Shown here: positions 27,354 to 37,246 of the stretch, in pieces
Layout of the letters: each line of letters begins with the position of its first letter
How positions within the stretch are numbered: position 1 is the stretch's first letter
NCBI RefSeq assembly: GCF_947492965.1
Contig: NZ_CANLOZ010000001.1
Span: 931,975 to 995,974 of the forward strand
Origin: an uncultured Aquimarina sp.
GTDB taxonomy: Bacteria > Bacteroidota > Bacteroidia > Flavobacteriales > Flavobacteriaceae
Direction: 5' to 3'
Length of the DNA stretch: 64,000 nucleotides
Made by a program: the position numbers and the translations under genes
Notes under the pieces: model-generated
Told to the model about the DNA's origin: nothing
What the model saw: only the letters and a program-made list of their open reading frames with translations
The model's database searches: none

Positions 27354-29918
27354 TTAGAAAGGATAATTAATCCCCACATTATAAACACCTTCAGAAAAAT
27401 TATAACCTTTAAACCATCTTTGATCTTCTAAGCGAGCAGGGTTGAATGTTTTAAAACCAAGGTCTAATCTAACTACAAAAAAATCGAAATCATAACGCAA
27501 TCCTAAACCACTTCCGACGGCTATTTCCTGAATATCATCTAATCTTGAAAAAACAGCATCTTCTTCCTCCACACTATCTAAAACGTTCCAGATATTACCA
27601 GCATCTACAAAGAAAGCTCCATTAAGTGAGCCTAAAATATTGTATCTAAACTCTGCGTTTAATGCAATTTTCATATTGGCTTCATTGAATTCGTTTCTGC
27701 CGCCACTACTTCCAGGTCCTAAATCATAAGGAAGCCAAGCTCGGTTGTCATTTGGACCACCACCAAAGAAACTTCTAGCAAAAGGAATACTATTAGCATT
27801 TCCATAAGGTAGTGCGATCCCACCAAAGGCTCTAAAGGCTAAAACACTTTTTCCACCGAGATCCCAATGTTTTATATAATCCAATTCTGTTTTTACATAT
27901 TGTGAGAATTCTACTCCAAAGATCTCGAAACGATCGTTAGAGTTTTTGTTTAATCCTGTTAGGTTAGAAACTGTATTTAAAACGTTTCCAGCTAATTCTA
28001 TTTTTGCTCTGAAAATTGAAAAATCCTCATCATAAAGATTTTCTCGATTATTTTTTAAATAGGTATAGCTAGAAGCAAAAATAAGGTTGTCTTCTGTAAG
28101 TCGTTCTTTTCGTTCATTGATATTTCTGATTTCTTGTAATTGTTCTGAAGTAAGATCAGGATCAGGAGTTTCGCTGAGCGATTCTATTATAAAGCTATTG
28201 GCACCAGATGGAATTGACAATCTAGTCTCGTTCTCGTTTTCAGGATCAAAAAATGGTGAATTTGAATCTAATACTTCATTAGCAATATTATTTAATCTGC
28301 TGAAAGAGTTAGAATATACGTTGAAATAGTTTCCTGTATTTAGATTTCTAACGTATTGAACATTAACTAAATCAATCTGATTTGTAAGTTTTGTGTTTGG
28401 TTTCCATTCATAGTTGAATATTCCGGAAGCATTTTGTTTGTCTAAACCAATGTTTTGTTGGGTGTTGATACCGAAAATAAGATTAGTAGTCGGAGACATG
28501 TATTTAGGGATGATTCTCCTCGTTTGAAGTGGGAAAATAATTTTAGGAAATGATAATTTAAGATCGACCCCAATTTCGGAAATGTCAAAAAATTGCCCAT
28601 TTGGATCTACGGGATCTTTAGAGGATCCAACACTACCTCTTCCTGAGATTTCAAAAATTTCAGCTCCACCAAAAACATTTCGTATTAAGAATGAACCACT
28701 AAAACCAATTCCGAATACCTGAATATTAGAAGTAGATACGTCGAATTCTACATTAGTACTGTATTTTTTTCTGGGTGTTAATAATACATTGGCAATAAGA
28801 TCGGTTCCTTTTGGATCATCTGGATCTACAATGTATCGGATGTTTGGATATTTAAAAGTTTTTAAATTATTAATCTGATTATACGTAAGGGTTCGGTCTT
28901 TATCTCTAAAAATTTCTCCTGGTGTTATCAGTATAGAGTTGGCAATAGCTTTGCGAGTATATCTCAACTTGTCATAACTATAAATGTTATATCCATTGTA
29001 TGAGGCACTGTCTTTTGGAGTTTCATTTCTGTTTTGATAGGAGTAATCCGTAAATACATTTACTTTGCTAATCTTATGTACCTGAAAAGGTACTCTTTTT
29101 GTTTCTTCATCTTCTGTTACTTGTCTGTCCTTAATAAGTAGATTTAGGTGTATTTTTTGATCTGTATTTACGGTATCGGCATCAAATTTTATGTATTCTT
29201 TTTCGAAATGATATAGCCCAGAATTTCTATATAAGCTGGTTAAGCGTTCTCTTTCTGATTCAATATCTAAGGTTCTATATTGTTTTCCAACAACGATTGC
29301 AGATTCGTCTTGATGTAGTTTGTAAATAGAATCAGCTACTTTAGAATCGATTTTAGTATTTAATGTGTCTATAAAGTAAGGCTTGTGAGGTCTTACATAA
29401 TAAGAAGCGGATGCTCTTTGATCTTCTTTATAATTGATACTGTAGTCTGTTTTTACATTAAACCAACCGTTATTCCAGTAATAGGACTGCAATCTTTTTA
29501 CAGATCTTTTTGCTTTAGCACTATCAACTACAACTGGAGCTTCTCCAGCTTTTTTTAACCAATTATTAATTCCAGAATAGGCTACACCTAATCGATTAAC
29601 CTGTTTTTTAGATAAAAAATTAATTAATTTTTGTTCTCTTTTAGGATTCTTATATAGCCAGTTTTGATAAGAGGAGTCAGGATTTACCTTTGCCATATTA
29701 TAGAGGTGAAGTCTAAAAGGAGTCCATGCAAGTTTTGAATTCGGTTTTTGGTATAGCTGATTGTAAAGTTTAGTGTCATTACTTTTAATGCTATCAACAA
29801 AAATTTCATTTTTAACCAATAAAGAATCTTCTTCAGATACTCTTTTAATTGAGTTACAGGAAATTAAAAAAATTGTAGATACTACAACAAATACTATTTT
29901 TGTGAACAGGTGTTTCAA
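27354..29918 (-). CDS. tamL: Omp85/BamA-family lipoprotein TamL
   Basis: LIS-C lipobox, POTRA region, C-terminal barrel ending VGINYPF; flavobacterial trmH-tamL-fbaA-accD order; TTG start. Confidence 0.85.
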   Translation of the reverse strand: MKHLFTKIVFVVVSTIFLISCNSIKRVSEEDSLLVKNEIFVDSIKSNDTKLYNQLYQKPNSKLAWTPFRLHLYNMAKVNPDSSYQNWLYKNPKREQKLINFLSKKQVNRLGVAYSGINNWLKKAGEAPVVVDSAKAKRSVKRLQSYYWNNGWFNVKTDYSINYKEDQRASASYYVRPHKPYFIDTLNTKIDSKVADSIYKLHQDESAIVVGKQYRTLDIESERERLTSLYRNSGLYHFEKEYIKFDADTVNTDQKIHLNLLIKDRQVTEDEETKRVPFQVHKISKVNVFTDYSYQNRNETPKDSASYNGYNIYSYDKLRYTRKAIANSILITPGEIFRDKDRTLTYNQINNLKTFKYPNIRYIVDPDDPKGTDLIANVLLTPRKKYSTNVEFDVSTSNIQVFGIGFSGSFLIRNVFGGAEIFEISGRGSVGSSKDPVDPNGQFFDISEIGVDLKLSFPKIIFPLQTRRIIPKYMSPTTNLIFGINTQQNIGLDKQNASGIFNYEWKPNTKLTNQIDLVNVQYVRNLNTGNYFNVYSNSFSRLNNIANEVLDSNSPFFDPENENETRLSIPSGANSFIIESLSETPDPDLTSEQLQEIRNINERKERLTEDNLIFASSYTYLKNNRENLYDEDFSIFRAKIELAGNVLNTVSNLTGLNKNSNDRFEIFGVEFSQYVKTELDYIKHWDLGGKSVLAFRAFGGIALPYGNANSIPFARSFFGGGPNDNRAWLPYDLGPGSSGGRNEFNEANMKIALNAEFRYNILGSLNGAFFVDAGNIWNVLDSVEEEDAVFSRLDDIQEIAVGSGLGLRYDFDFFVVRLDLGFKTFNPARLEDQRWFKGYNFSEGVYNVGINYPF

Positions 29919-29955
29919 TCGAGATTCATTATTGTGTCAAAAATACATTATTTGT

Positions 29956-30687
29956 ATGGTTAGCAAAAACCAAAAGAAATTAATAAATAGTTTACATCAA
30001 AAAAAGTACCGAAAACAACATGGATTGTTTGTTGCAGAAGGTAAAAAAGTGATTCAGGAGTTTTTAGATGCTGATTTAGAGCTTCATTCTCTTTTTTCCA
30101 TGGATGAGTCTTTTTTTAATACACCCAAAGAAAAAACGTTTATTGTAAGTGAAGCTGAGTTAAAAGGAATTACTTTTCTTAAGACACCACAGTTTGCTTT
30201 AGCGCTTTTTTATATCCCTAATGCTAAGTTGATCGATACTGATAATTTGATTGTAGCTTTGGATGATGTTCGTGATCCCGGTAACCTTGGAACCATTATC
30301 CGTTTATGCGATTGGTTTGGGATCACTAATTTAGTATGTTCTGATCAAACTGTAGATTGTTATAATCCAAAGGTTGTTCAAGCTACTATGGGGTCTATCA
30401 CACGTGTTAATATAACGTATACTAACCTTTTTGACTTTTTGAGTTTATATAAAGATACAGTATCAGTATACGGAACGTTTATGGATGGTGAGGTTATTTA
30501 CCAAGAATCGTTGTCTAAAAAAGGAATTATTGTAATGGGCAATGAAGCTAATGGTATTTCTGGTGAGATAGCATCACTGGTTTCAAAAAAAATAGCCATA
30601 CCAAGATTTGGCGAAACCCAAATAACGGAAAGCTTGAATGTGGCAACGGCTACCGCAATAATTCTTAATGAATTTAGACGTTCTTAG
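29956..30687 (+). CDS. TrmH/SpoU family RNA methyltransferase
   Basis: DPGNLGTIIR, GNEANG and ESLNVA motifs; ATG at 29956. Confidence 0.93.
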   Translation: MVSKNQKKLINSLHQKKYRKQHGLFVAEGKKVIQEFLDADLELHSLFSMDESFFNTPKEKTFIVSEAELKGITFLKTPQFALALFYIPNAKLIDTDNLIVALDDVRDPGNLGTIIRLCDWFGITNLVCSDQTVDCYNPKVVQATMGSITRVNITYTNLFDFLSLYKDTVSVYGTFMDGEVIYQESLSKKGIIVMGNEANGISGEIASLVSKKIAIPRFGETQITESLNVATATAIILNEFRRS

Positions 30688-30692
30688 TGTTT

Positions 30693-31415
30693 TTATTGAA
30701 AGGTAAAGTTGATAAAAACTCCTCTAGAAGACATTTTATCAATAGCTGATGTATAAGGGCTATTAGGATCATTATCAGCGACTAATTCGTCTGTCATTGC
30801 AAACACACCGCGTATCGAAGGTGAAAATTTGAAATAAAAGAGGTAAAAATCTATCCCGAATCCAAGTTCAAAATAGTTGGTGTTTGTTTTTGTTCTAAAC
30901 TGTCCTACACTATTGTCATCTGGATTACTCTCATTACTGGATAAATTTATAGAAGTAGATACTCCACCAACAATAAATGGTTTAAAATTATTAAGTCTTT
31001 TGGTGGAAACTTTTAATAGTAATGGTATATGTACATAGGTAGAAGTTACTTCTCTGAATCTTTGATTTTCATCAAAATCAGGTCCTGTAAAAGTTAAGTC
31101 TCTTCTTACAAATGATACTTGAGGCTCTAGTCTAAGATCTAGGTAGTCGTTGATTCTTAAATTCCCTAATAGACCTACATTAAACCCGATAGATCGAGCA
31201 ACTTCTACGTCGTTGGTCAATAAAGGTTCTTCACCATCTGGAGTAGCTTTATAGTCAAAATTAAAATCATAAGTATTAAAACCAAGGGTGTACCCCCAAT
31301 TTAATCTTGGCTTATCATAGTTTTGTAAATTTCTAACACGTTCTTTAGAAAATAACTGTGCACTCATATCTTGAGTACAAACAATCACAGCTATGGCAAT
31401 AAAAATTCTTTTCAT
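30693..31415 (-). CDS. porT: T9SS outer-membrane beta-barrel PorT/SprT
   Basis: GFNVGLLGNLR...DLRLEP and PLLLKVSTKR motifs; position downstream of ubiE. Confidence 0.85.
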   Translation of the reverse strand: MKRIFIAIAVIVCTQDMSAQLFSKERVRNLQNYDKPRLNWGYTLGFNTYDFNFDYKATPDGEEPLLTNDVEVARSIGFNVGLLGNLRINDYLDLRLEPQVSFVRRDLTFTGPDFDENQRFREVTSTYVHIPLLLKVSTKRLNNFKPFIVGGVSTSINLSSNESNPDDNSVGQFRTKTNTNYFELGFGIDFYLFYFKFSPSIRGVFAMTDELVADNDPNSPYTSAIDKMSSRGVFINFTFQ

Positions 31416-31416
31416 A

Positions 31417-32145
31417 TTATTTTGTTGCTGTATAAATTGTAGCGACACCAAAAGTTTGCGGATGATCCTTGACTTCTATAAACCCAATTTTTCTCAAAAT
31501 ATTGTTGAAAGCATTTCCATAAGGAAAAGCTGCAGCACTTTCACTAAGATAAGAATAAGCGGATCTATCTTTCGAAAAGATCTTTCCAATTAATGGTAGT
31601 ATTGAGCTGGTGTATAGTTTGTAACCTTGTTTATAAGGGGTTTTCGTAGGTACTGAGGTTTCCAGAACAACAAATATTCCTTTCGGTTTTAATACGCGAT
31701 ATATTTCTGATAAACCTTGTTCTAAATCTTCAAAATTTCTTACACCAAAAGCAACAGTGATAGCATCAAAATAATTATCCTCATAGGGTAAACTCTCACC
31801 ATCTCCTTTCACCATTGTGATAATTTGGTCTAGTTTTTTCGTTTTGATTTTATCTTTTCCTACATCTAGCATCCCTGCGGAAATGTCTAAGCCAACAATT
31901 TCGGTAGCTCCCGTTTCTGCTAGATTAATTGCTAGATCTCCCGTTCCTGTGGCTACATCTAGAATGTTTTTTGGTTTCGTTTTAGAAACTATTTTGACAA
32001 CTTTTTTACGCCATTTCACATCAATCCCGAAAGAAATGACTCTGTTAAGACCATCATAGTTACCAGAAATAGTATCAAACATTTCTGTAACCTGTTCTTT
32101 CTTGGTGGTAGTTTTATCCTTGTATGGCGTTATCTTTTCTGACAT
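31417..32145 (-). CDS. ubiE: Demethylmenaquinone methyltransferase
   Basis: [21 protein letters not shown] and YSYLSES motifs. Confidence 0.95.
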   Translation of the reverse strand: MSEKITPYKDKTTTKKEQVTEMFDTISGNYDGLNRVISFGIDVKWRKKVVKIVSKTKPKNILDVATGTGDLAINLAETGATEIVGLDISAGMLDVGKDKIKTKKLDQIITMVKGDGESLPYEDNYFDAITVAFGVRNFEDLEQGLSEIYRVLKPKGIFVVLETSVPTKTPYKQGYKLYTSSILPLIGKIFSKDRSAYSYLSESAAAFPYGNAFNNILRKIGFIEVKDHPQTFGVATIYTATK

Positions 32146-32387
32146 TCAAAAAAATTTAGGCAAATATACATTTTTGATAGGTATCGTAGGAAAAGAATGT
32201 CATTTAGTTACGGTAATCCGAAATGTTTTTTAATATCACTCTTACTGGATAGCAATTAATTTGGATAATTTCATTTTTTAAGGTTAATATTTAAAATGAG
32301 GAAATCCAACAACCTTCTCCAATTTCATGGCTTTAAAAGTTCTGAAGAAAGAGTTGTTGGATTACCTTTTCGTTGCTATTTGAAAGC

Positions 32388-33482
32388 TTATATTTTTAGA
32401 TTATAAACTTTTTTTCTGGTGCCATTTTCAAAAAGAATAATAATAATTTCGTTTGTAGAATCTGCTGGAACTTCTTGTCCTAGTAAATTATGAGCTGTAA
32501 CGATTTTTTGATTTGCTTCAGGAAGTTGAACGTCCTCTATTGATAATAAAGGGTCATCGGCCGTGCTCACAATTGCTCCATAGTCTCCTGAAGGTAATGT
32601 AGGCATGTCGAAAGAACCTTCTGTTCCTGTATCTATATTGTACTTTAAAACTAAAGTTTCTGAAAAACCAATGATCTCTGAAGTTTCTGGGTTGTAGGTT
32701 AAACTTTCTACAGCATCAAATCCTGGAAATGTAGCTGTATAGTCATAAGTGCTAATAACGCTGCCATCTGTCTGATTTAATTCTACCAAAGAATGAATAT
32801 AGTTGTTAGGATCTGTGAAATCCCTTCTAGAAACATATAACCTATTATTTGCGATGACTACATCCTGATAATCACCTGAAGTTAGCGATGGTAATGTAAA
32901 CGATCCTTCATTAGCTGTTTCTATGTTGTACTTTAAAATTAGATTATCAGAAATGCCGAAAATTTCTGAGGTTTCTGAATTGTAAGTCAAACTTTCTACA
33001 GAATTGAATCCAGGGAATGTAGCAGTATAGTCATATGTGTCAATAATGCTACCATCGGTTTGGTTTAATTCTACTAGAGAATTAATGTAGTTGTTTGGAT
33101 CTGTAAAATCCCTTCTAGAAACAAATAATCTATTATTGGCAATGACCACATCCTGATAATCTCCTGAAGTTAATGATGGGAGAGTAAAGGAATCTTCAAT
33201 GCCAGTTTCTATATTATATTTTAAAATTAAATTATCAGAAATGCCAAAGACTTCTTTTGTTGCTTGATTATAAGTTAAACTTTCTACTGCGTTAAATCCT
33301 GGGAATGTAGCAGTGTAATCATAAGTGTCTAAAATAGTTCCATTAGTTTCATTTAATTCTAGAAGAGAATGTATATAATTGTTTGGGTCTGTAAAGTCTC
33401 TTCTGGTAATTTGTAGGTTTTGACTTAAAAGAGTGTTAGTTGTAATTAATAATAAAAGTAAAATAGTAGTTGTTCTTTTCAT
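32388..33482 (-). CDS. Secreted protein of three 96-aa repeats with a short T9SS-like C-terminal domain
   Basis: Signal peptide ending LLS-Q; RRDFTDPNNY repeated three times; HNLLGQEV...GTRKK tail. Confidence 0.85.
   Translation of the reverse strand: MKRTTTILLLLLITTNTLLSQNLQITRRDFTDPNNYIHSLLELNETNGTILDTYDYTATFPGFNAVESLTYNQATKEVFGISDNLILKYNIETGIEDSFTLPSLTSGDYQDVVIANNRLFVSRRDFTDPNNYINSLVELNQTDGSIIDTYDYTATFPGFNSVESLTYNSETSEIFGISDNLILKYNIETANEGSFTLPSLTSGDYQDVVIANNRLYVSRRDFTDPNNYIHSLVELNQTDGSVISTYDYTATFPGFDAVESLTYNPETSEIIGFSETLVLKYNIDTGTEGSFDMPTLPSGDYGAIVSTADDPLLSIEDVQLPEANQKIVTAHNLLGQEVPADSTNEIIIILFENGTRKKVYNLKI
32565..33404 (-). repeat. Intragenic 288-bp tandem repeat, three copies
   Basis: tcccttctagaaac at 32821 and 33109; repeats 1 and 2 are 81/96 aa identical. 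Confidence 0.95.
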
Positions 33483-33916
33483 GTTTTAGGGTTTATGGTT
33501 GAATATTAAGGTAAAATGATTAATAACAATAATCATGAAATTGTTACCCAATTTAATAGTTTTTATAGAGAATAACTCCAAATAAAGTAAGTGCCGATAT
33601 TATATTACTCTTTTTGTAAAAACTCTGTACATACTGATTGATTTTATACTTGAAAATGTAGAAATAAGTTGGTCTTAATGATGTGTTTTTTGTCTTTAAA
33701 GAGGATTTGATTGTTTCAAATGAAAGTGATCTTTTTTGATAAACTACTATTTTGAATTTGCTTTTTGTGTAGGCGTTATTTAATAATTTTACCAGTTTAT
33801 TAAATTCCATTATCTTTGTAGACTTTTATTTTTCAGTAGAAATTTTTCACCTTTAAAAACAGGGTTTCTGCTGAAGTTTAATTTTATCTTTTGATGATAA
33901 ATAATAAAAAACACCG

Positions 33917-35266
33917 ATGAAAATTATTATTGCCGGAGCAGGCGAGGTAGGGTTTCATTTGGCGAAATTACTTTCATTTGAGTCTCAGGATATTACACTG
34001 ATAGATCCTGATAAAGAATGTTTAAATTATGCGGATAGTCACTTGGATATACGTGTGATAAAGGGAGATGCAACTTCAATAAGTATTCTTAAAGATGCCA
34101 GAGTAGAAAATGTTGATATGGTAATAAGTGTTACCTCTAGTGAGACTACTAATATTACCGTATGTGTTTTAGCAAAACAATTAGGAGCAAAACGCACGAT
34201 CGCCAGAATATCAAATACTGAGTTTATTGAAAATAAGGAAGAAGTAGGTTTTATTAAGTTTGGAATAGATGAATTAATTTCTCCAGAAGCATTAGCAGCA
34301 AGTGAAATTGAACTATTACTTAATCAGTCTGCTTTTAGTGATAGTTATGAGTTTGAAGATGGAGCACTAACCATGGTGGGGACTACACTTTCTGAGTCCG
34401 CTCTTTTTGTAGATAAGACTGTTAGGGAAGCAGCAGAGATTTTTCCAGAATTACATTTTATGCCCATTGCTATTCAGCGATCAGGTACCCAATATACCAT
34501 TATACCTAGGGGAGATACTAAATTCAAGGAAGGAGATCAGGTATATTTCGTAACATCAAAAGGTGGAGTGGAAGAACTGTATAAGTTAACCGGTAAGGTT
34601 AAGGAACAGATCAAGAAAGTTATGATTCTTGGAGGGAGTAAAATTGGTTATAAAACAACTTGTGATTTATGTGATCATAAGTTTAGGGTTAAGCTTATAG
34701 AAAGTGATAAGGATAAAGCTTTTGATCTAGCAGATGATCTTCCAAATGCATTGATTATCAATGGTGATGGGCGTAATGTAGAGTTGCTAGAAGAGGAGAA
34801 CATAGATGATATGGATGCTTTTATTGCTGTAACTGGTAATTCAGAGACCAATATTATGTCTTGCTTAGTAGCAAAATCGAAAGGTGTTCGGAAGACGATA
34901 GCTTTAGTAGAAAATATGGACTACTTTCAATTATCACATTCGATTGGGATTGATACCTTAATTAATAAAAAACTTTTAGCAGCTAATAATATATTCAGAT
35001 TTATTAGAAAAGGGGAAGTAGTGGCAATGACAAAGCTGAATAACATGAATGCAGAGTTGCTAGAGTTTGTTGTAAAGCCTACATCTGAGGTGAGTGATAA
35101 TCTGATTAGAGATCTTGATTTTCCAAGATCAGCAATTATAGCGGGTGTTATTAGAGATGGAGAAGGAATGATTCCTCTTGGAGGTTTTTATATAAAAGCG
35201 GGTGATAGAGTAGTGGTATGCTGTTTACCAAAATCTATTAAGAAAATAGAAAAACTTTTCCTGTAA
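33917..35266 (+). CDS. trkA: Trk potassium transporter NAD-binding subunit
   Basis: GAGEVG and GGSKIG RCK-N motifs with two RCK repeats. Confidence 0.96.
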   Translation: MKIIIAGAGEVGFHLAKLLSFESQDITLIDPDKECLNYADSHLDIRVIKGDATSISILKDARVENVDMVISVTSSETTNITVCVLAKQLGAKRTIARISNTEFIENKEEVGFIKFGIDELISPEALAASEIELLLNQSAFSDSYEFEDGALTMVGTTLSESALFVDKTVREAAEIFPELHFMPIAIQRSGTQYTIIPRGDTKFKEGDQVYFVTSKGGVEELYKLTGKVKEQIKKVMILGGSKIGYKTTCDLCDHKFRVKLIESDKDKAFDLADDLPNALIINGDGRNVELLEEENIDDMDAFIAVTGNSETNIMSCLVAKSKGVRKTIALVENMDYFQLSHSIGIDTLINKKLLAANNIFRFIRKGEVVAMTKLNNMNAELLEFVVKPTSEVSDNLIRDLDFPRSAIIAGVIRDGEGMIPLGGFYIKAGDRVVVCCLPKSIKKIEKLFL

Positions 35267-35267
35267 G

Positions 35268-36764
35268 ATGTCTAAGCTTAACTTTAAAATTATTACTCAT
35301 ATTATGGGGCTTTTATTGCTCTGTAATGGAGGTTTTATGCTGATAGCAACTATCGTTAGTTTTATCTATAAAGATGGTGTTACCATGCAAATCATGTTAG
35401 CGGCATTATCTACCATGTTTGTCGGAATAATTTTAATGTTTCTTACGCGTGAGCATCAAAAGTCTATTAATAAAAGAGAAGGCTATATTGTTGTTACTTT
35501 TGGATGGATTTTCATGTCCTTAAGTGGTACATTACCATATTTGTTTTCTGATGCCATTCCCTCGTTTACCAATGCATTTTTTGAGACGATGTCTGGTTAT
35601 ACTACTACTGGCGCCTCTATACTTAATGAAATAGAAATTGTGCCAAAAGGAGTGCTTTTTTGGCGTAGTCTTACCCATTGGATAGGTGGTATGGGAATTA
35701 TTGTATTAGCGGTAGCAATATTACCATTATTAGGAATTGGAGGTATGCAGTTATTTGCTGCGGAGGCTCCTGGACCTAGTGCCGATAAGTTGCATCCTAG
35801 AATTACAGATACGGCAAAAAGGCTGTGGCTTATCTATTTTGGGTATACAGCTGCAGAAACTATATTACTTAAAGTAGCTGGAATGGATTTCTTCGATGCT
35901 ATTAATCATGCGTTAAGTACCTTATCCACTGGAGGATTTTCAACCAAAAATGCTAGTGTGGCTTATTGGAATGATCAGCCGCTTATTCAATACATTATTA
36001 TTGTATTCATGTTTTTAGCTGGAATGAATTTTATATTAAGTTATTTCGGTTTTAAAGGGAAGTTTGGTAAATTCTTAAAAGATGAAGAGTTTAAGTGGTA
36101 TGTGATTTTTATGGTTGTGTTTACCGCAGTTTCTGCTATTATTATTTATTTGAAAGCGGATCCTGCAAATTCAGTTATAGATCATCCGATGGTGTTAGGA
36201 GAAGCAGAGAGTGCTTTTAGGCATGCATTATTTCAGGTTTTGGCAGTTGTTACTACAACAGGATTTGTCTCAGCTGATTTTACCGTCTGGACGCCTTTCT
36301 TAAAAATAATATTTTTTGGTTTGATGTTCTTAGGTGGATCTGCTGGATCTACAGCGGGAGGTATGAAAATAGTAAGGCATTTAATTACTATTCGTAATGG
36401 TATTTTAGAATTTAAAAGAACGTTGCATCCAAGAGCGGTATTGCCTGTACGTTATAATACAAGAGCGGTTTCTAAAGAGATCGTATATAATATACTTGCG
36501 TTTTTTATATTGTATATGTTGTCGTTTATAATTGGTTCATTAGTTTTAGGAATGCTAGGATTAGATTTCGAAACCGCGATTGGAGGAGCAGCTTCCTCGC
36601 TTGGTAATGTTGGGCCAGCTTTAGGAAAACTTAGTCCTGTGAATAACTTCGATGTATTACCAGCATTTGGAAAATGGTGGTGTTCTTTCTTAATGCTTAT
36701 CGGACGTTTAGAATTGTTTACTGTTCTTATACTGCTTACTCCGTTCTTTTGGAGAAATAGGTGA
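35268..36764 (+). CDS. trkH: Trk potassium uptake membrane protein
   Basis: SGYTTTG, STGGFS, TTTGF and LGNVGP P-loops. Confidence 0.96.
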   Translation: MSKLNFKIITHIMGLLLLCNGGFMLIATIVSFIYKDGVTMQIMLAALSTMFVGIILMFLTREHQKSINKREGYIVVTFGWIFMSLSGTLPYLFSDAIPSFTNAFFETMSGYTTTGASILNEIEIVPKGVLFWRSLTHWIGGMGIIVLAVAILPLLGIGGMQLFAAEAPGPSADKLHPRITDTAKRLWLIYFGYTAAETILLKVAGMDFFDAINHALSTLSTGGFSTKNASVAYWNDQPLIQYIIIVFMFLAGMNFILSYFGFKGKFGKFLKDEEFKWYVIFMVVFTAVSAIIIYLKADPANSVIDHPMVLGEAESAFRHALFQVLAVVTTTGFVSADFTVWTPFLKIIFFGLMFLGGSAGSTAGGMKIVRHLITIRNGILEFKRTLHPRAVLPVRYNTRAVSKEIVYNILAFFILYMLSFIIGSLVLGMLGLDFETAIGGAASSLGNVGPALGKLSPVNNFDVLPAFGKWWCSFLMLIGRLELFTVLILLTPFFWRNR

Positions 36765-36772
36765 ACTTTATA

Positions 36773-37051
36773 TTAAAAAGCAGCTTCCCACGGACCTATT
36801 GCATAAGGATTGATATGCCAAAGCTCTGCCACCTTTTTAATGGTGTCTTTTACTTTGCCTTGTACACTTTGCAAATAAATAGGTTCTATAAAAAAGATGT
36901 CAAGTATTGCTTCGTAATAAGATGTTGAATTATCGATGTCCGAAGGAGTATAATTTAGAATCTCATCATCTGAAAGGGGGCTTTTAAAATTCTCTTTGAA
37001 AATTTGAAGCACATTTTTTTGAACGATACGTTCTTTTTCAAGAATGTCCAT
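36773..37051 (-). CDS. Hypothetical protein
   Basis: 92-aa ORF with its own upstream TATTTGTA -7-like element; normal composition. Confidence 0.7.
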   Translation of the reverse strand: MDILEKERIVQKNVLQIFKENFKSPLSDDEILNYTPSDIDNSTSYYEAILDIFFIEPIYLQSVQGKVKDTIKKVAELWHINPYAIGPWEAAF

Positions 37052-37185
37052 AAATACAAATACGGGTTTTAAGATTGTTATTTATGTTCAAACTACAATT
37101 ATTTCTTTCTTCAGTGTTTTCCCCAAAACATTTTAGAATATCATCACTTATAACTCCGAAAACGGTAATTTATTTTGGAAAAAAT

Positions 37186-37220
37186 AAAAACCGATGATTT
37201 TTATGGAATCATCGGTTTTT
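37186..37220 (-). terminator. aspC terminator
   Basis: aaaaaccgatgatt / aatcatcggttttt. Confidence 0.8.
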
Positions 37221-37246
37221 TAATAAAAGATATATGATTTTGTTAA

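Noticed and set aside
33553-33810. 85-aa minus-strand ORF upstream of trkA
   Set aside because: K/F/Y/S-rich translation of AT-rich intergenic DNA with no motif; probably spurious, though not excluded
36773-37051. Acyl-carrier-protein-like resemblance of the 92-aa protein
   Set aside because: No D-S-L phosphopantetheine motif; the similarity is only an impression
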